39,152 bases of DNA from Glaciecola sp. (GTDB lineage: Bacteria; Bacteroidota; Bacteroidia; Flavobacteriales_C; GCA-002722245): the NCBI GenBank assembly GCA_047632015.1, contig JBLIBC010000002.1, forward strand, positions 1-39,152, read 5' to 3'. This document shows, piece by piece, positions 25,344 to 34,773 of this stretch. Each line of letters opens with the position of its first letter. Position 1 is the stretch's first letter. Both the position numbers and the translations under genes were made by a program. The notes beneath the pieces were generated by a model. It saw only the letters and a program-made list of their open reading frames with translations, had not been told where the DNA came from and ran no database searches.

Positions 25344-26642
25344 ATGAAAATCTCTGAGAGATTAGCCAACAAACAAGAGAAGTTAGCAGTAATCGGATTA
25401 GGATATGTGGGACTTCCAATAGCCTTAGAATTCGCAAAGAAGATTTCCGTTATTGGGTTCGATATTAACCAAGGAAGGGTTGATATGATGAAAAATGGAG
25501 AAGATCCAAGTAAGGAGCTGTCAAAAGAGGAGTTTGAAGAACGTGACATACATTTTACTACGTCATTGGATGAATTGAAAGAAGCTACTTTTTACATTGT
25601 TGCGGTTCCAACACCAATTGACGAACACAATTTACCTGATTTAACTCCGCTTTTAAAAGCATCAGAAACTGTTGCTAAAGTTTTGAAAAAAGGAGATTAC
25701 GTGGTTTACGAATCGACTGTTTACCCAGGTTGTACAGAAGAAGATTGCGTTCCAGTATTGGAAGACGTTTCAGGATTAAAATACATTGAAGATTTTAAAG
25801 TGGGGTATTCACCAGAGAGAATTAACCCGGGAGACAAAGAACACACTCTGACTAAAATTGTGAAAGTAGCTGCTGGTTGTGATGAGGAATCAGCTGATGA
25901 AGTGGTTAAGGTCTACGAAATGGTTATTAAAGCTGGCGTGTATAGAGCATCAAGTTTAAAAGTTGCTGAGGCAGCAAAAATCATTGAGAATACTCAGAGG
26001 GATGTGAACATTGCTTTAATGAATGAACTGTCATTGATTTTTAACAAACTTGGTATTAATACTTATGAAGTATTAGAAGCTGCTGGAACAAAATGGAACT
26101 TTTTGAAGTTTTTCCCTGGTTTAGTAGGAGGTCACTGCATTGGTGTTGATCCTTATTACCTAACTTACAAAGCAAGAGAGCTTGGTTTTCATGCAAAAAT
26201 CATTAACTCAGGAAGAGCACTGAATGACTCCATGGGTCCTCATACAGCAAGACAAGTGGTTAAAAAAATTATTGCAGGAGGTAAAGATATTACGAATTCT
26301 AAAGTACTGGTAATGGGAGCTACATTTAAGGAAAATGTGAGTGATATCAGGAATTCAAAAGTCAGTTCTGTGGTTGACGAATTGAAAAGTTTTGGAGTAG
26401 AGGTTGAAGTACATGATGCCTATGCGTCAAGTGATGAAGTAAAGCATGAGTACGGATTTGAATTGATTCCAGAAATTAGGGGTACAATATATGATGCAAT
26501 AATTGTGGCAGTAAATCACAAACAATATTTAGATTACACTGAGGACGATTTCTCAAAATGGTTAACTGCTGAAGGTGTCTTGGTCGATTTAAAAGGCGCT
26601 TTTCGAGGTAAAATTAATAAGTTAAAATACTGGAGTTTATAG
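25344..26642 (+). CDS. Nucleotide-sugar 6-dehydrogenase (TviB/WbpO-like UDP-N-acetylhexosamine dehydrogenase)
   Basis: 432 aa. N-terminal Rossmann LAVIGLGYVGLPIALEFA, catalytic region GGHCIGVDPYYL, and a UDP-binding C-terminal domain. Confidence 0.88.
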   Translation: MKISERLANKQEKLAVIGLGYVGLPIALEFAKKISVIGFDINQGRVDMMKNGEDPSKELSKEEFEERDIHFTTSLDELKEATFYIVAVPTPIDEHNLPDLTPLLKASETVAKVLKKGDYVVYESTVYPGCTEEDCVPVLEDVSGLKYIEDFKVGYSPERINPGDKEHTLTKIVKVAAGCDEESADEVVKVYEMVIKAGVYRASSLKVAEAAKIIENTQRDVNIALMNELSLIFNKLGINTYEVLEAAGTKWNFLKFFPGLVGGHCIGVDPYYLTYKARELGFHAKIINSGRALNDSMGPHTARQVVKKIIAGGKDITNSKVLVMGATFKENVSDIRNSKVSSVVDELKSFGVEVEVHDAYASSDEVKHEYGFELIPEIRGTIYDAIIVAVNHKQYLDYTEDDFSKWLTAEGVLVDLKGAFRGKINKLKYWSL

Positions 26643-26643
26643 T

Positions 26644-27657
26644 ATGATTTTAGTCACAGGTGGTGCAGGTTACATAGGTTCGCACACTGTTGTTGAACTA
26701 CTCAAAGAAGGATATAAAGTTCTTGTGCTTGATAATTTTGTGAACTCAAGTAAAAAAGTACTTAACAGAATAGGTCAAATAGAACCAACACATTTCGATT
26801 TTGAGGAAGTTGACGTGACAGATCAGTCAGCGCTCGAAAAGGTATTTGAAAAGTACAAAAACATATCCACAGTCATTCATTTTGCAGCGCATAAGTCGGT
26901 TGGAGAATCGGTTGCTGATCCATTAGAATATTATAGGAATAACATAGGAGGTCTAGTGACTGTGTTGTCTGTTTGTAAAAAACATGGGATCAAAAATTTT
27001 ATTTTTTCTTCTTCTTGCACAGTGTATGGAGAACCTCTTGAAATAAAAATTGATGAAAGCACGAAAATTGCAAAGGCTACTTCTCCCTATGGAAATACAA
27101 AAATAGTTGGTGAGGAAATCATTCAAGATTTTACTAAAGTAAATGCTTTTAAAGCGGTTTTATTAAGGTATTTTAATCCCGTCGGTTCACACGAAAGTGC
27201 ATTATTAGGAGATGAGCCTCAGGGTGTTCCGAATAATTTAGTGCCTTACTTAACGAAAGTGGTGGGCGGGGAATTAAAAAGCTTGCAAGTATTTGGTAAT
27301 GACTATGACACTAAAGATGGTTCTTGCATCCGCGATTACATTCACGTGGTGGATATTGCCATTGCGCACGTGAAATCTATTAAGTACCTTAATGATCTTA
27401 AAGAAGGAGTGGTTGACTGTATCAATTTAGGAAGAGGTGAGGGAAGCACAGTGCTTGAGGTAATTGCTGCTTTTGAGAAAGCCACGGGTAAAAAGGTAAC
27501 TTTTGAAATTGCCCCAAGGAGAGCTGGCGATGTAACTGCAATTTATGCAAATCCGTTAAAAGCTAAAGAAAAACTTGGGTGGACTGCAAAACTAAGTTTG
27601 GAAAATATGATGACTTCAGCGTGGAACTTCCAAACAAATAATAATTTAAAAGACTAG
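26644..27657 (+). CDS. galE: UDP-glucose 4-epimerase
   Basis: 337 aa. Motifs MILVTGGAGYIGSHTV, SSSCTVYG, YGNTK and RYFNPVG. Confidence 0.9.
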   Translation: MILVTGGAGYIGSHTVVELLKEGYKVLVLDNFVNSSKKVLNRIGQIEPTHFDFEEVDVTDQSALEKVFEKYKNISTVIHFAAHKSVGESVADPLEYYRNNIGGLVTVLSVCKKHGIKNFIFSSSCTVYGEPLEIKIDESTKIAKATSPYGNTKIVGEEIIQDFTKVNAFKAVLLRYFNPVGSHESALLGDEPQGVPNNLVPYLTKVVGGELKSLQVFGNDYDTKDGSCIRDYIHVVDIAIAHVKSIKYLNDLKEGVVDCINLGRGEGSTVLEVIAAFEKATGKKVTFEIAPRRAGDVTAIYANPLKAKEKLGWTAKLSLENMMTSAWNFQTNNNLKD

Positions 27658-27665
27658 TGCTACTG

Positions 27666-28679
27666 ATGAGCGATTGGAAAATAAATACAAAGTATCATGA
27701 AGGGGACATATCCTCTTATTCTTTTTTGATAACAGGAGGAGCCGGTTTTATTGGATCGAATATTGTTCAGTATCTAATGGACAACGGAGCAGGAAAAGTT
27801 CGCGTTTTAGATAATTTTTCAAATGGTTATAAAGAAAATTTAGAAAAGTACGATGAAGATGATAGGCTTGAAGTTATAGAGGGAAGCATCACTGATATTG
27901 ATACCTGTATAAAAGCGTGTACTGGGATTGATTACATTAGTCATCAAGCAGCATTGGGTTCAGTTCCTCGTTCTATAAATAACCCTTTAGCAACCCACGA
28001 AGCAAATGCTACAGGGTTTTTAAACATGATTACAGCAGCAAAAGATGCAAGCGTTAAACAGATGGTGTACGCAAGTAGTAGTTCTGTTTATGGAAGCAAT
28101 GTTGATTTACCTAAGCTTGAAGATGTCACGGGTGATCCGTTGTCTCCTTATGCAACAAGTAAAAAAACCAATGAGCTTTATGCAAAAGTCTTCAAAAAAG
28201 TATATGATTTTAACGTCATTGGGTTAAGGTACTTTAATATTTTTGGACCGAATCAAAGTCCTAATGGGCCATACGCAGCAGTTATTCCATTGTACATGAA
28301 TGCTCTATTAGCTGATGAATCAGGTAAAATTTTTGGAGACGGTGAGCAATCACGAGACTTCACCTTTGTGGAGAACGCTGTTCAGGCAAACATTAAGGGA
28401 ATGTTTACAAAATCGGAAGGGGTTTACGGCGAGGTTTGTAATATTGCTTGTGGTGAAAAGACTTCGGTTATTCAATTATACGATATATTACAAAATGCAG
28501 CTAATGCGTCAGCTCCGGCTGAGTTTTGTCCCCCACGAACAGGTGATATAAGAGATTCTTTAGCTTCTATCTCAAGAGCGCAAGAGCACTTAGGGTATCA
28601 ACCAAGTGTGGATATCAAAGAAGGTTTGGAAATTACTTTAAGCTGGTTCAAAGACAATCACTTTAATCAGGATATATAA
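27666..28679 (+). CDS. SDR-family nucleotide-sugar 4-epimerase (WbpP/TviC-like)
   Basis: Motifs FLITGGAGFIGSNIV...VRVLDNFSNGYKENL, SSSSVYG, YATSK and RYFNIFGP. ATG at 27666; the ORF track's alternative GTG at 27657 overlaps the galE stop by 1 nt. Confidence 0.85.
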   Translation: MSDWKINTKYHEGDISSYSFLITGGAGFIGSNIVQYLMDNGAGKVRVLDNFSNGYKENLEKYDEDDRLEVIEGSITDIDTCIKACTGIDYISHQAALGSVPRSINNPLATHEANATGFLNMITAAKDASVKQMVYASSSSVYGSNVDLPKLEDVTGDPLSPYATSKKTNELYAKVFKKVYDFNVIGLRYFNIFGPNQSPNGPYAAVIPLYMNALLADESGKIFGDGEQSRDFTFVENAVQANIKGMFTKSEGVYGEVCNIACGEKTSVIQLYDILQNAANASAPAEFCPPRTGDIRDSLASISRAQEHLGYQPSVDIKEGLEITLSWFKDNHFNQDI

Positions 28680-28689
28680 TTAGTAGTTT

Positions 28690-29451
28690 ATGGGCTTGTT
28701 TTCATTTTTTTCAAAAAGAAAGGACGAAAAGAAGGAACATAATATTGACATTAATTTAGTTAAAACAGACATTCACGCTCATTTTTTACCAGGATTAGAC
28801 GATGGTTCTCCCAACATGGAGGAGTCCATTAAAATGATCGAAGGAATGATAAGCTTAGGATACCAAAAATTGGTGTGCACACCTCACGTGATGCATGGTT
28901 ATTATCAAAATAGTTCAGAGGTAATATTAAAATCTCATAAGGAGCTGGTTCAAGCAGTAAAAGAAAAAGGCATAGACATCCAATTGGAAGTTTCGGCTGA
29001 GTATAATTTCGATAGGGAATTACTGAAACGATTGGATGAAGATGACATCATTAGTTTTGGTAATGAGGATTATCAATATTTACTTTTTGAGCTGTCCTAT
29101 TTTAATGAGCCTATGGGTCTTGATGAATTGATAGCGAAAATCAAAGAGAAAGGATTTATTCCTGTTTTAGCGCATCCTGAGAGGTATCCGTATTTTTCAG
29201 GCAACAGGGAGAAATATGGTGCTTTACAAGCTCAAGGCGTATTGTTTCAAGTTAATCTTAACTCCTTAAGTGGGCTGTATCCTGGAGGAGCAAAGCCAAC
29301 CGTTAAGTGGCTTATGGAGCAAGGGATGGTTCAGTTTGTTGCAAGCGATGCCCACAGAGTGGAGCATGTTGGTTTGTTGAATGATGCATTGAAGCATGTT
29401 TGTTTACATGATTTGGTTGATGGTGGTGGGTTGATGAATGCTAATGTGTGA
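28690..29451 (+). CDS. CpsB/CapC-type (PHP family) protein-tyrosine phosphatase
   Basis: 253 aa. Metal-binding motifs DIHAHFLPGLDDGS, TPH, AHPERY and SDAH. Confidence 0.85.
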   Translation: MGLFSFFSKRKDEKKEHNIDINLVKTDIHAHFLPGLDDGSPNMEESIKMIEGMISLGYQKLVCTPHVMHGYYQNSSEVILKSHKELVQAVKEKGIDIQLEVSAEYNFDRELLKRLDEDDIISFGNEDYQYLLFELSYFNEPMGLDELIAKIKEKGFIPVLAHPERYPYFSGNREKYGALQAQGVLFQVNLNSLSGLYPGGAKPTVKWLMEQGMVQFVASDAHRVEHVGLLNDALKHVCLHDLVDGGGLMNANV

Positions 29452-29520
29452 GAAGCCGCCTCTAACCGCCCCTAAAGGGGAGGACTGGATGACGTGAGTT
29501 TTAGAAAATGATTGAATACT

Positions 29521-30975
29521 ATGATGATTTTCAAGACAAAAATTAGTCCTTTAGTTGTTCTGATAGTCGTTTTTGGGATCGTTTATTCTTTGATCTCATT
29601 GGTTAATCATTATAATTTTAGAACTAATGCACTGGATTTAGGGTTGTATACAAATGCGATGTATGATTATACGCACTTTCAATGGAATGACAGTTCACTG
29701 TTTAGGATGTTCAACGAAAACTTACTGGCTGATCATTTTGATCTTTACCTGATCATTTTTTCTCCGCTTTGCTTGGTATTTGGGACTTATACTTTGTTAG
29801 TTGTTCAAATTGCTGCTATTTTGATAGGAGGGTGGGGAGTCTACAGCTATTTTAAAGGTCAAAAAGGTCATCCTGTAATTCCAGCACTAGCTGCGTTTTA
29901 TTTTTACAGTTTCTTTGGTGTTTTTGGTGCGCTGTCGTACGATTATCATAGCAATGTGGTTGCTGCATCCCTGGTGCCCTGGTTTTTTTATTGGGTGCAA
30001 AAGAGAAAGTTGATTCCCGCATCTTTGATGCTGCTTTTTATATTGGTATCAAAAGAAAACATATCATTATGGATGACTTTTGTATGCTTAGGATTAATAG
30101 TTAATTGCAGAAAAGACTCTGTGCTCGTTAAGTTTTTACTTGTTGCTGCCGTTTTTTGTGCTGCTTATTTCTTGACAATTATAACGCTAGTCATGCCGGC
30201 CTTATCCTATTCCAGCACATTTGCGCACTTTGATTATGAATACTTAGGGAATGGTCCTGTTGAAGCAGTTGTTCACCTTGTGATGCATCCAGTTGATTCT
30301 TTTCAAACTTTATTTGTAAACCACCACGCTAACCCTAAGCACGACTACATTAAGACTGAATTACATGTGATTTTACTATTTTCAGGACTCCCTTTTTTAC
30401 TTTGGAAACCACAGTATTTGTTCATGCTGATTCCCATTTATTTTCAAAAACTATTTCATAACACTCATTTCATGTGGGGCGTTGGACTGCAGTACAACAT
30501 TGAGTTTGCACCTATTTTAGCACTTGGAATTTTTGATGTGGTTTCTGGCATTACCAAACCTAGATTAAAAACATTCCTAGCATGGACAGCTGTAGTTTTA
30601 GTTTTAGCAGCGACAATTCGAACAATGGACAGTACGGTGTTTTACACTAACAAAGCTAAGGTTCGCTTTTACCAGAAGCAGCATTATGTAAGGGATTATG
30701 ACGTTTCCGAAGTCTACCATCAATTGTCCCTTCTCCCGTCCGATGCGGTACTTTGTGTGCACTCGCCGATCCTACCTCATTTAGCGCTTAGAGATAGCTT
30801 ATATGAGTACCCTAGGATCAAGAATGCTGAGTATATTGTGTATGCTAATCATGAAAATTTTTACATTTCCGGTGAGCAAGAATTTATGAGGGCAACTGAT
30901 AGTTTGAAGCATTGCGATGAATGGCAGGTATTGTATGATAAGGATATTACAGTGTTGAAGCGTGGTGTGAGATGA
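29521..30975 (+). CDS. Polytopic membrane protein, DUF2079-like (GT-C-like fold suspected)
   Basis: About 484 aa with many hydrophobic helices. The N-terminal HYNFRTNALDLGLYTNAMYDY resembles the DUF2079 signature. First ATG at 29521; the ORF-track TTG start is at 29512. Confidence 0.6.
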   Translation: MMIFKTKISPLVVLIVVFGIVYSLISLVNHYNFRTNALDLGLYTNAMYDYTHFQWNDSSLFRMFNENLLADHFDLYLIIFSPLCLVFGTYTLLVVQIAAILIGGWGVYSYFKGQKGHPVIPALAAFYFYSFFGVFGALSYDYHSNVVAASLVPWFFYWVQKRKLIPASLMLLFILVSKENISLWMTFVCLGLIVNCRKDSVLVKFLLVAAVFCAAYFLTIITLVMPALSYSSTFAHFDYEYLGNGPVEAVVHLVMHPVDSFQTLFVNHHANPKHDYIKTELHVILLFSGLPFLLWKPQYLFMLIPIYFQKLFHNTHFMWGVGLQYNIEFAPILALGIFDVVSGITKPRLKTFLAWTAVVLVLAATIRTMDSTVFYTNKAKVRFYQKQHYVRDYDVSEVYHQLSLLPSDAVLCVHSPILPHLALRDSLYEYPRIKNAEYIVYANHENFYISGEQEFMRATDSLKHCDEWQVLYDKDITVLKRGVR

Positions 30976-30994
30976 TTTTCTTTATTTCAATAAG

Positions 30995-32248
30995 TCATTT
31001 CTTTTTCAACCAACCTTCAGGATTCTGCTTTGCATTACCCTTCCATAATTCAAAATGAATCTCGGTTTTACCGTTGTCTTCGGTTTTAATTAACCCTAGA
31101 TTTTGACCTAATTTTACTTTTTGTCCCTTTTTAACTTTTACCGTAATTAAGTTAGAATACATCGTGAAATATGCTCCATGCTGAAGTAATACAGCACTTT
31201 TACCTCCGGACGGTAAAACAATTACAGCAACGACATTACCAGTGAATATTGCTGTAGCGTTAGTTCCTTTATTGGTCATCATGTTGATGCCATTGTTAGT
31301 GACTTTTAATCCCTCAAAAACGGGGTGCGGTCTTACACCAAACCTAGCACTTATCTTACCTGTTTTTACAGGCCAAGGAAACTTCCCTTTGTTTTGTGCA
31401 AATTGCATAGATAGTTTTGGAGCAATTGGGGCATCTCCAAAATTAGGTTGTTTGGTTCCATTTTTTTTTGCCAACTTTCTCAATCTTTCTCGTTCCTTGT
31501 CTGCTCTTTTCTGAGCTGCAGCAATTTCCCTTTCAATGATTTTAGTAATTTGAAGGTCAACTTCGGCCTCTTCTTTTTGCTTTTTACGTATTTTTTTCTT
31601 TAATTTTTTTTCATCCTTTTTTAGTTCTTGAAGTAATTCCTTGTTTGCCTTTTTTTCTTTTTGAAGCTTGTTCTTTTCGTAATACCTATCCCCAAGGATG
31701 CGTTTTTTCTTTTCTTTTTTCTTCTCCAACCGAATAATTCTATCCTCTATTGTTTTTTGAAGCCCCACTATTTCAGTAGCTTGGTATTCTCGGTATTCTC
31801 CAATTTTTTTAAGATATTTCAATCGTTTGTATGCCTGATTGAAATTGTCAGATGAAAAAACAAAAATAATGCTGTTGGTTGCATTTCGGTTTTTGTAAGC
31901 ATACAAAAGCATTTTTCTATATTGTTCTTGAAATTCAACAAGCTGATTTTTTAAGGAGTCAATAGAATAATTTTGTGCATCCAGGTCATGATCAAGTTCA
32001 CCAATTTCTTCATTGATTGATTGAATGAGTTCTTCCCTAGCTGTAATTTGGAGCTTACTGAGCAAATGCCTTACTTCAGCACCATCTTGATCGTCCTTGT
32101 TTTCAGACAATAATCCCTTGATCGTTTTAAGTTCCTTGTGGATCTTATTTTTATTCTTTTTTAATTGATTTTTATCCTGTGCAAAAAGAGCAAGGTTACT
32201 TACCAAAAACAGCATTAATACAAAAACGATTTTATTCCATTTCAGCAT
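30995..32248 (-). CDS. EnvC-like murein hydrolase activator (coiled coil plus degenerate M23/LytM domain)
   Basis: 417 aa. Signal peptide, a long Lys/Glu-rich coiled coil, and a C-terminal LytM fold (GKFPWPV...GVRPHPV...GTNATAIFTGNVV...IHFELW) with substituted metal ligands. Confidence 0.85.
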   Translation of the reverse strand: MLKWNKIVFVLMLFLVSNLALFAQDKNQLKKNKNKIHKELKTIKGLLSENKDDQDGAEVRHLLSKLQITAREELIQSINEEIGELDHDLDAQNYSIDSLKNQLVEFQEQYRKMLLYAYKNRNATNSIIFVFSSDNFNQAYKRLKYLKKIGEYREYQATEIVGLQKTIEDRIIRLEKKKEKKKRILGDRYYEKNKLQKEKKANKELLQELKKDEKKLKKKIRKKQKEEAEVDLQITKIIEREIAAAQKRADKERERLRKLAKKNGTKQPNFGDAPIAPKLSMQFAQNKGKFPWPVKTGKISARFGVRPHPVFEGLKVTNNGINMMTNKGTNATAIFTGNVVAVIVLPSGGKSAVLLQHGAYFTMYSNLITVKVKKGQKVKLGQNLGLIKTEDNGKTEIHFELWKGNAKQNPEGWLKKK

Positions 32249-33056
32249 AATTGTCTGGGATTTTAAACGGAACGTTCATGGTTGATGCTTGCTTGAACCG
32301 CTTGTAGTTCAATGCAATAAATACTTTTTTGTTTTTGGCTACCAAAGTGGTGACTTCAATTTCTTTTGGAATTGTTAAGTAGGTACTCGTGTCTGGGTTG
32401 CTACTTTTAATCCATAATTCCTCTTTTGTGCTAGGTACCATGAAGTATTGCTTTGACATGGATTTACTTGCGCAGGCTATCCATTGTGCCCAAACAAAAG
32501 TGATATTTGAATCAAGTTCTTCAGTTGCCTTGTTGAGGTTACTTTTACTTAAGTTGGCTAATGTTAACTCTTGTTCTTGTTCCCAATTAAAGTCATCATT
32601 TGGTAAAGGGATATATTGCGCAAGTAAAACATTTTGAAATAAGTTAAAATTTACTTCAACTCCTATTCGTTTGGAAAGCCCTATGTAATCTGTTTTAAGG
32701 TACTTTTTATTGAACAAATCCATGGCTAGCACACTGTCTTTTGTCGCTAATAATTTTAAGATTGGAAAGGAAGCTTTGGTCATGGAAATCCAGACAGTAT
32801 CGTTAGGCTTAATTCTTATTTGAATGTTTATTTCATATCCTTTTCCTTTGAATTCTGCATTGAGGTCACCTTTGATTTTAAGCCAATCATGACTAGCAGA
32901 AGTGTCTAACAATGGGAAGTATTGACTTAAGCTGTCGGTATAAATCCCACAAATACTAACCGGAATTGGCTTTTTTTCGACAAGCTTCTTTTTTGAGCTA
33001 CAAGCTGTTCCGATAACTAACATCACCAGTATTAATATTTTACTGGTAAGCCTCAT
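32232..33056 (-). CDS. DUF4292-like lipoprotein
   Basis: 274 aa with a lipoprotein signal LVMLVIGTAC-S. Sits between the TPR and EnvC-like genes, as I recall for DUF4292 genes in Flavobacteriia. Start overlaps the TPR stop (TAATG) and its 3' end overlaps the next gene by 17 nt. Confidence 0.65.
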   Translation of the reverse strand: MRLTSKILILVMLVIGTACSSKKKLVEKKPIPVSICGIYTDSLSQYFPLLDTSASHDWLKIKGDLNAEFKGKGYEINIQIRIKPNDTVWISMTKASFPILKLLATKDSVLAMDLFNKKYLKTDYIGLSKRIGVEVNFNLFQNVLLAQYIPLPNDDFNWEQEQELTLANLSKSNLNKATEELDSNITFVWAQWIACASKSMSKQYFMVPSTKEELWIKSSNPDTSTYLTIPKEIEVTTLVAKNKKVFIALNYKRFKQASTMNVPFKIPDNYAEME

Positions 33057-34765
33057 TATAGTTGATCAATTTTGGTTTGAATACTTTTTTGATCAGCTCC
33101 TAGTTTGATTGCTTTTTTCCAATAGGTTAACGCCCTATTTGATTGTTGTAATTTAAAGTAGCTGTCACCAATGTGATCCATTATTACTCCGCTTTCATCA
33201 CCACCATTAAGCTCTGCTTTAAGCAACCATTCAAGCGCTAAATCATAACGTCCCATTTGATATAAAATCCAGCCATAGGTGTCGTTAAACGAAGCTGTCT
33301 TTGGTGAAAGTACGTTGGACATGTTTGACATCTCCTCGGCTTTTACTAGTTGATTACCTTCAACAGATAAGTAATAGGCATAGTTGTTTAAAACTAATGC
33401 ATTAAGGGAGTCTAGTTCTAAAGCCGCATCATAATTTTTGAACGCCTTTACTTTGTTGTTTAAGCTGTAGTAACTATCGCCTAAAGCGCTGTACATTCCA
33501 GTTTTTTGTCTTTTGTCCTTGCTTAACTCAAGCCCTTGTTCAAAATATTTAATGGCGTTTTCATCGTTTTTTAATTGAACTGAAGCTATGCCATAGTAGT
33601 AATACAAATCGGCTTGAGCTGGGAAAAAAGACAGTGCTTCCAAAGCGTCAGCAGCCATTAATTGGTAGTTTTCAAGTTCGTTATCGCAAATGATTAGTTG
33701 TTGCCAAGTTCCATAATTATTTTGCGAGCTACTCAAGGCTTTTTTAAAGTTACTACGAGCATTGGCATACTCCCTTTTTCTGTAATTGAGTTCGCCCATG
33801 AATTTGTTGTACTGGTATTCCTCACCATGGATGTTATGTGCGATTTGTTGAAGCACCTCTCTTTTTTTGGTTAAGGTGCTGTCGAACTTTTCGTATTTAA
33901 CATACAAGCTGATAATTTCAAGTTTGTATTCAAGTTTGTACAATTTATCCTTTATTACTTGCTCGTGAAAATCGAATGCCGTGTCAATTTTGTTGTTTAA
34001 AAAACAATTGTGCGCATATTCGTCCTTAACGGCACTGTTGTCAGGCATCTTTTTTAACGCTAACTCATATATTTCTTGGACTTTGTCATGCTTTTTTTGT
34101 AATCGGTACATGTCCACCAATTCCATGTAATACCTTTCATTAACCGGAAACGCTTTGATGAGTTTTTCTAACTCTAAAATGGCTAAATCATCCTTTTTAA
34201 GTCCTTTGTATATCAGGAACTTGTTTTTATTGATGGACTCAGTGACGCCTAATTTGTTTTCAACCTCACCATACAAAGTCAGTGCTTTTTCGTATTTCTG
34301 TTGACTGATGTAAAAATCGGCAAAGTCAACAATGTAACTCGTGTTGTTAGGAAAAGCATTGAGGAGCATCACAAACCCTTTTTCTATCTCCGATGACTTC
34401 CGGTTTTCTTCGTTAATTTTTAAGTAAAAAAACAGGTACCATTTGTTGGTGTTGTCCTCTTCAAGTGAGATTGCAATGTGCTTTGCTGCTTCCTCATAAT
34501 CTTTATCCAACTCATACACCAATTGGGCAATTTCGTAGTGAATAGCAGCTGTGCTTCCTTGTTTTTTCAATGCAGAATAATACAAGTTTAAAGCTTCTCG
34601 TAAATTGCCTTTGTTTTTTTGATTTTGCGCTTCAATAACGAGTGCATCACCCTCTAAAACTTTGTCTGGGTTTTCCTTTCCTGAAGTATGCGATTTTGAT
34701 TTTTCTCCTGATTTACAAGAGAAAATCAAAACCGCAAACAGTACTATTACAATTGATTTATTCAA
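33056..34765 (-). CDS. Tetratricopeptide-repeat lipoprotein
   Basis: 569 aa with a lipoprotein signal LFAVLIFSC-K. Repeated TPR-like A/Y/L patterns throughout (ALNLYYSALK, ALTLYGEV, AIKYFEQGLEL, ALEWLLKA, ALTYWKKAIKLG). Confidence 0.8.
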   Translation of the reverse strand: MNKSIVIVLFAVLIFSCKSGEKSKSHTSGKENPDKVLEGDALVIEAQNQKNKGNLREALNLYYSALKKQGSTAAIHYEIAQLVYELDKDYEEAAKHIAISLEEDNTNKWYLFFYLKINEENRKSSEIEKGFVMLLNAFPNNTSYIVDFADFYISQQKYEKALTLYGEVENKLGVTESINKNKFLIYKGLKKDDLAILELEKLIKAFPVNERYYMELVDMYRLQKKHDKVQEIYELALKKMPDNSAVKDEYAHNCFLNNKIDTAFDFHEQVIKDKLYKLEYKLEIISLYVKYEKFDSTLTKKREVLQQIAHNIHGEEYQYNKFMGELNYRKREYANARSNFKKALSSSQNNYGTWQQLIICDNELENYQLMAADALEALSFFPAQADLYYYYGIASVQLKNDENAIKYFEQGLELSKDKRQKTGMYSALGDSYYSLNNKVKAFKNYDAALELDSLNALVLNNYAYYLSVEGNQLVKAEEMSNMSNVLSPKTASFNDTYGWILYQMGRYDLALEWLLKAELNGGDESGVIMDHIGDSYFKLQQSNRALTYWKKAIKLGADQKSIQTKIDQL

Positions 34766-34773
34766 AGCGTATC

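Noticed and set aside
31242-31855. Plus-strand ORFs inside the EnvC-like gene
   Set aside because: These are shadow frames of the Lys/Glu-rich coiled-coil coding region. Other antisense or internal ORFs fall in the same class: 2680-2940, 3642-3866, 4823-5065, 5990-6214, 6339-6626, 6848-7090, 7204-7386, 11084-11833, 17322-17546, 19214-19414, 21789-22004, 23041-23277, 25328-25549, 28045-28551, 32389-32637, 34642-35530, 35728-35919, 36023-36223, 36437-36673 and 37452-37655.
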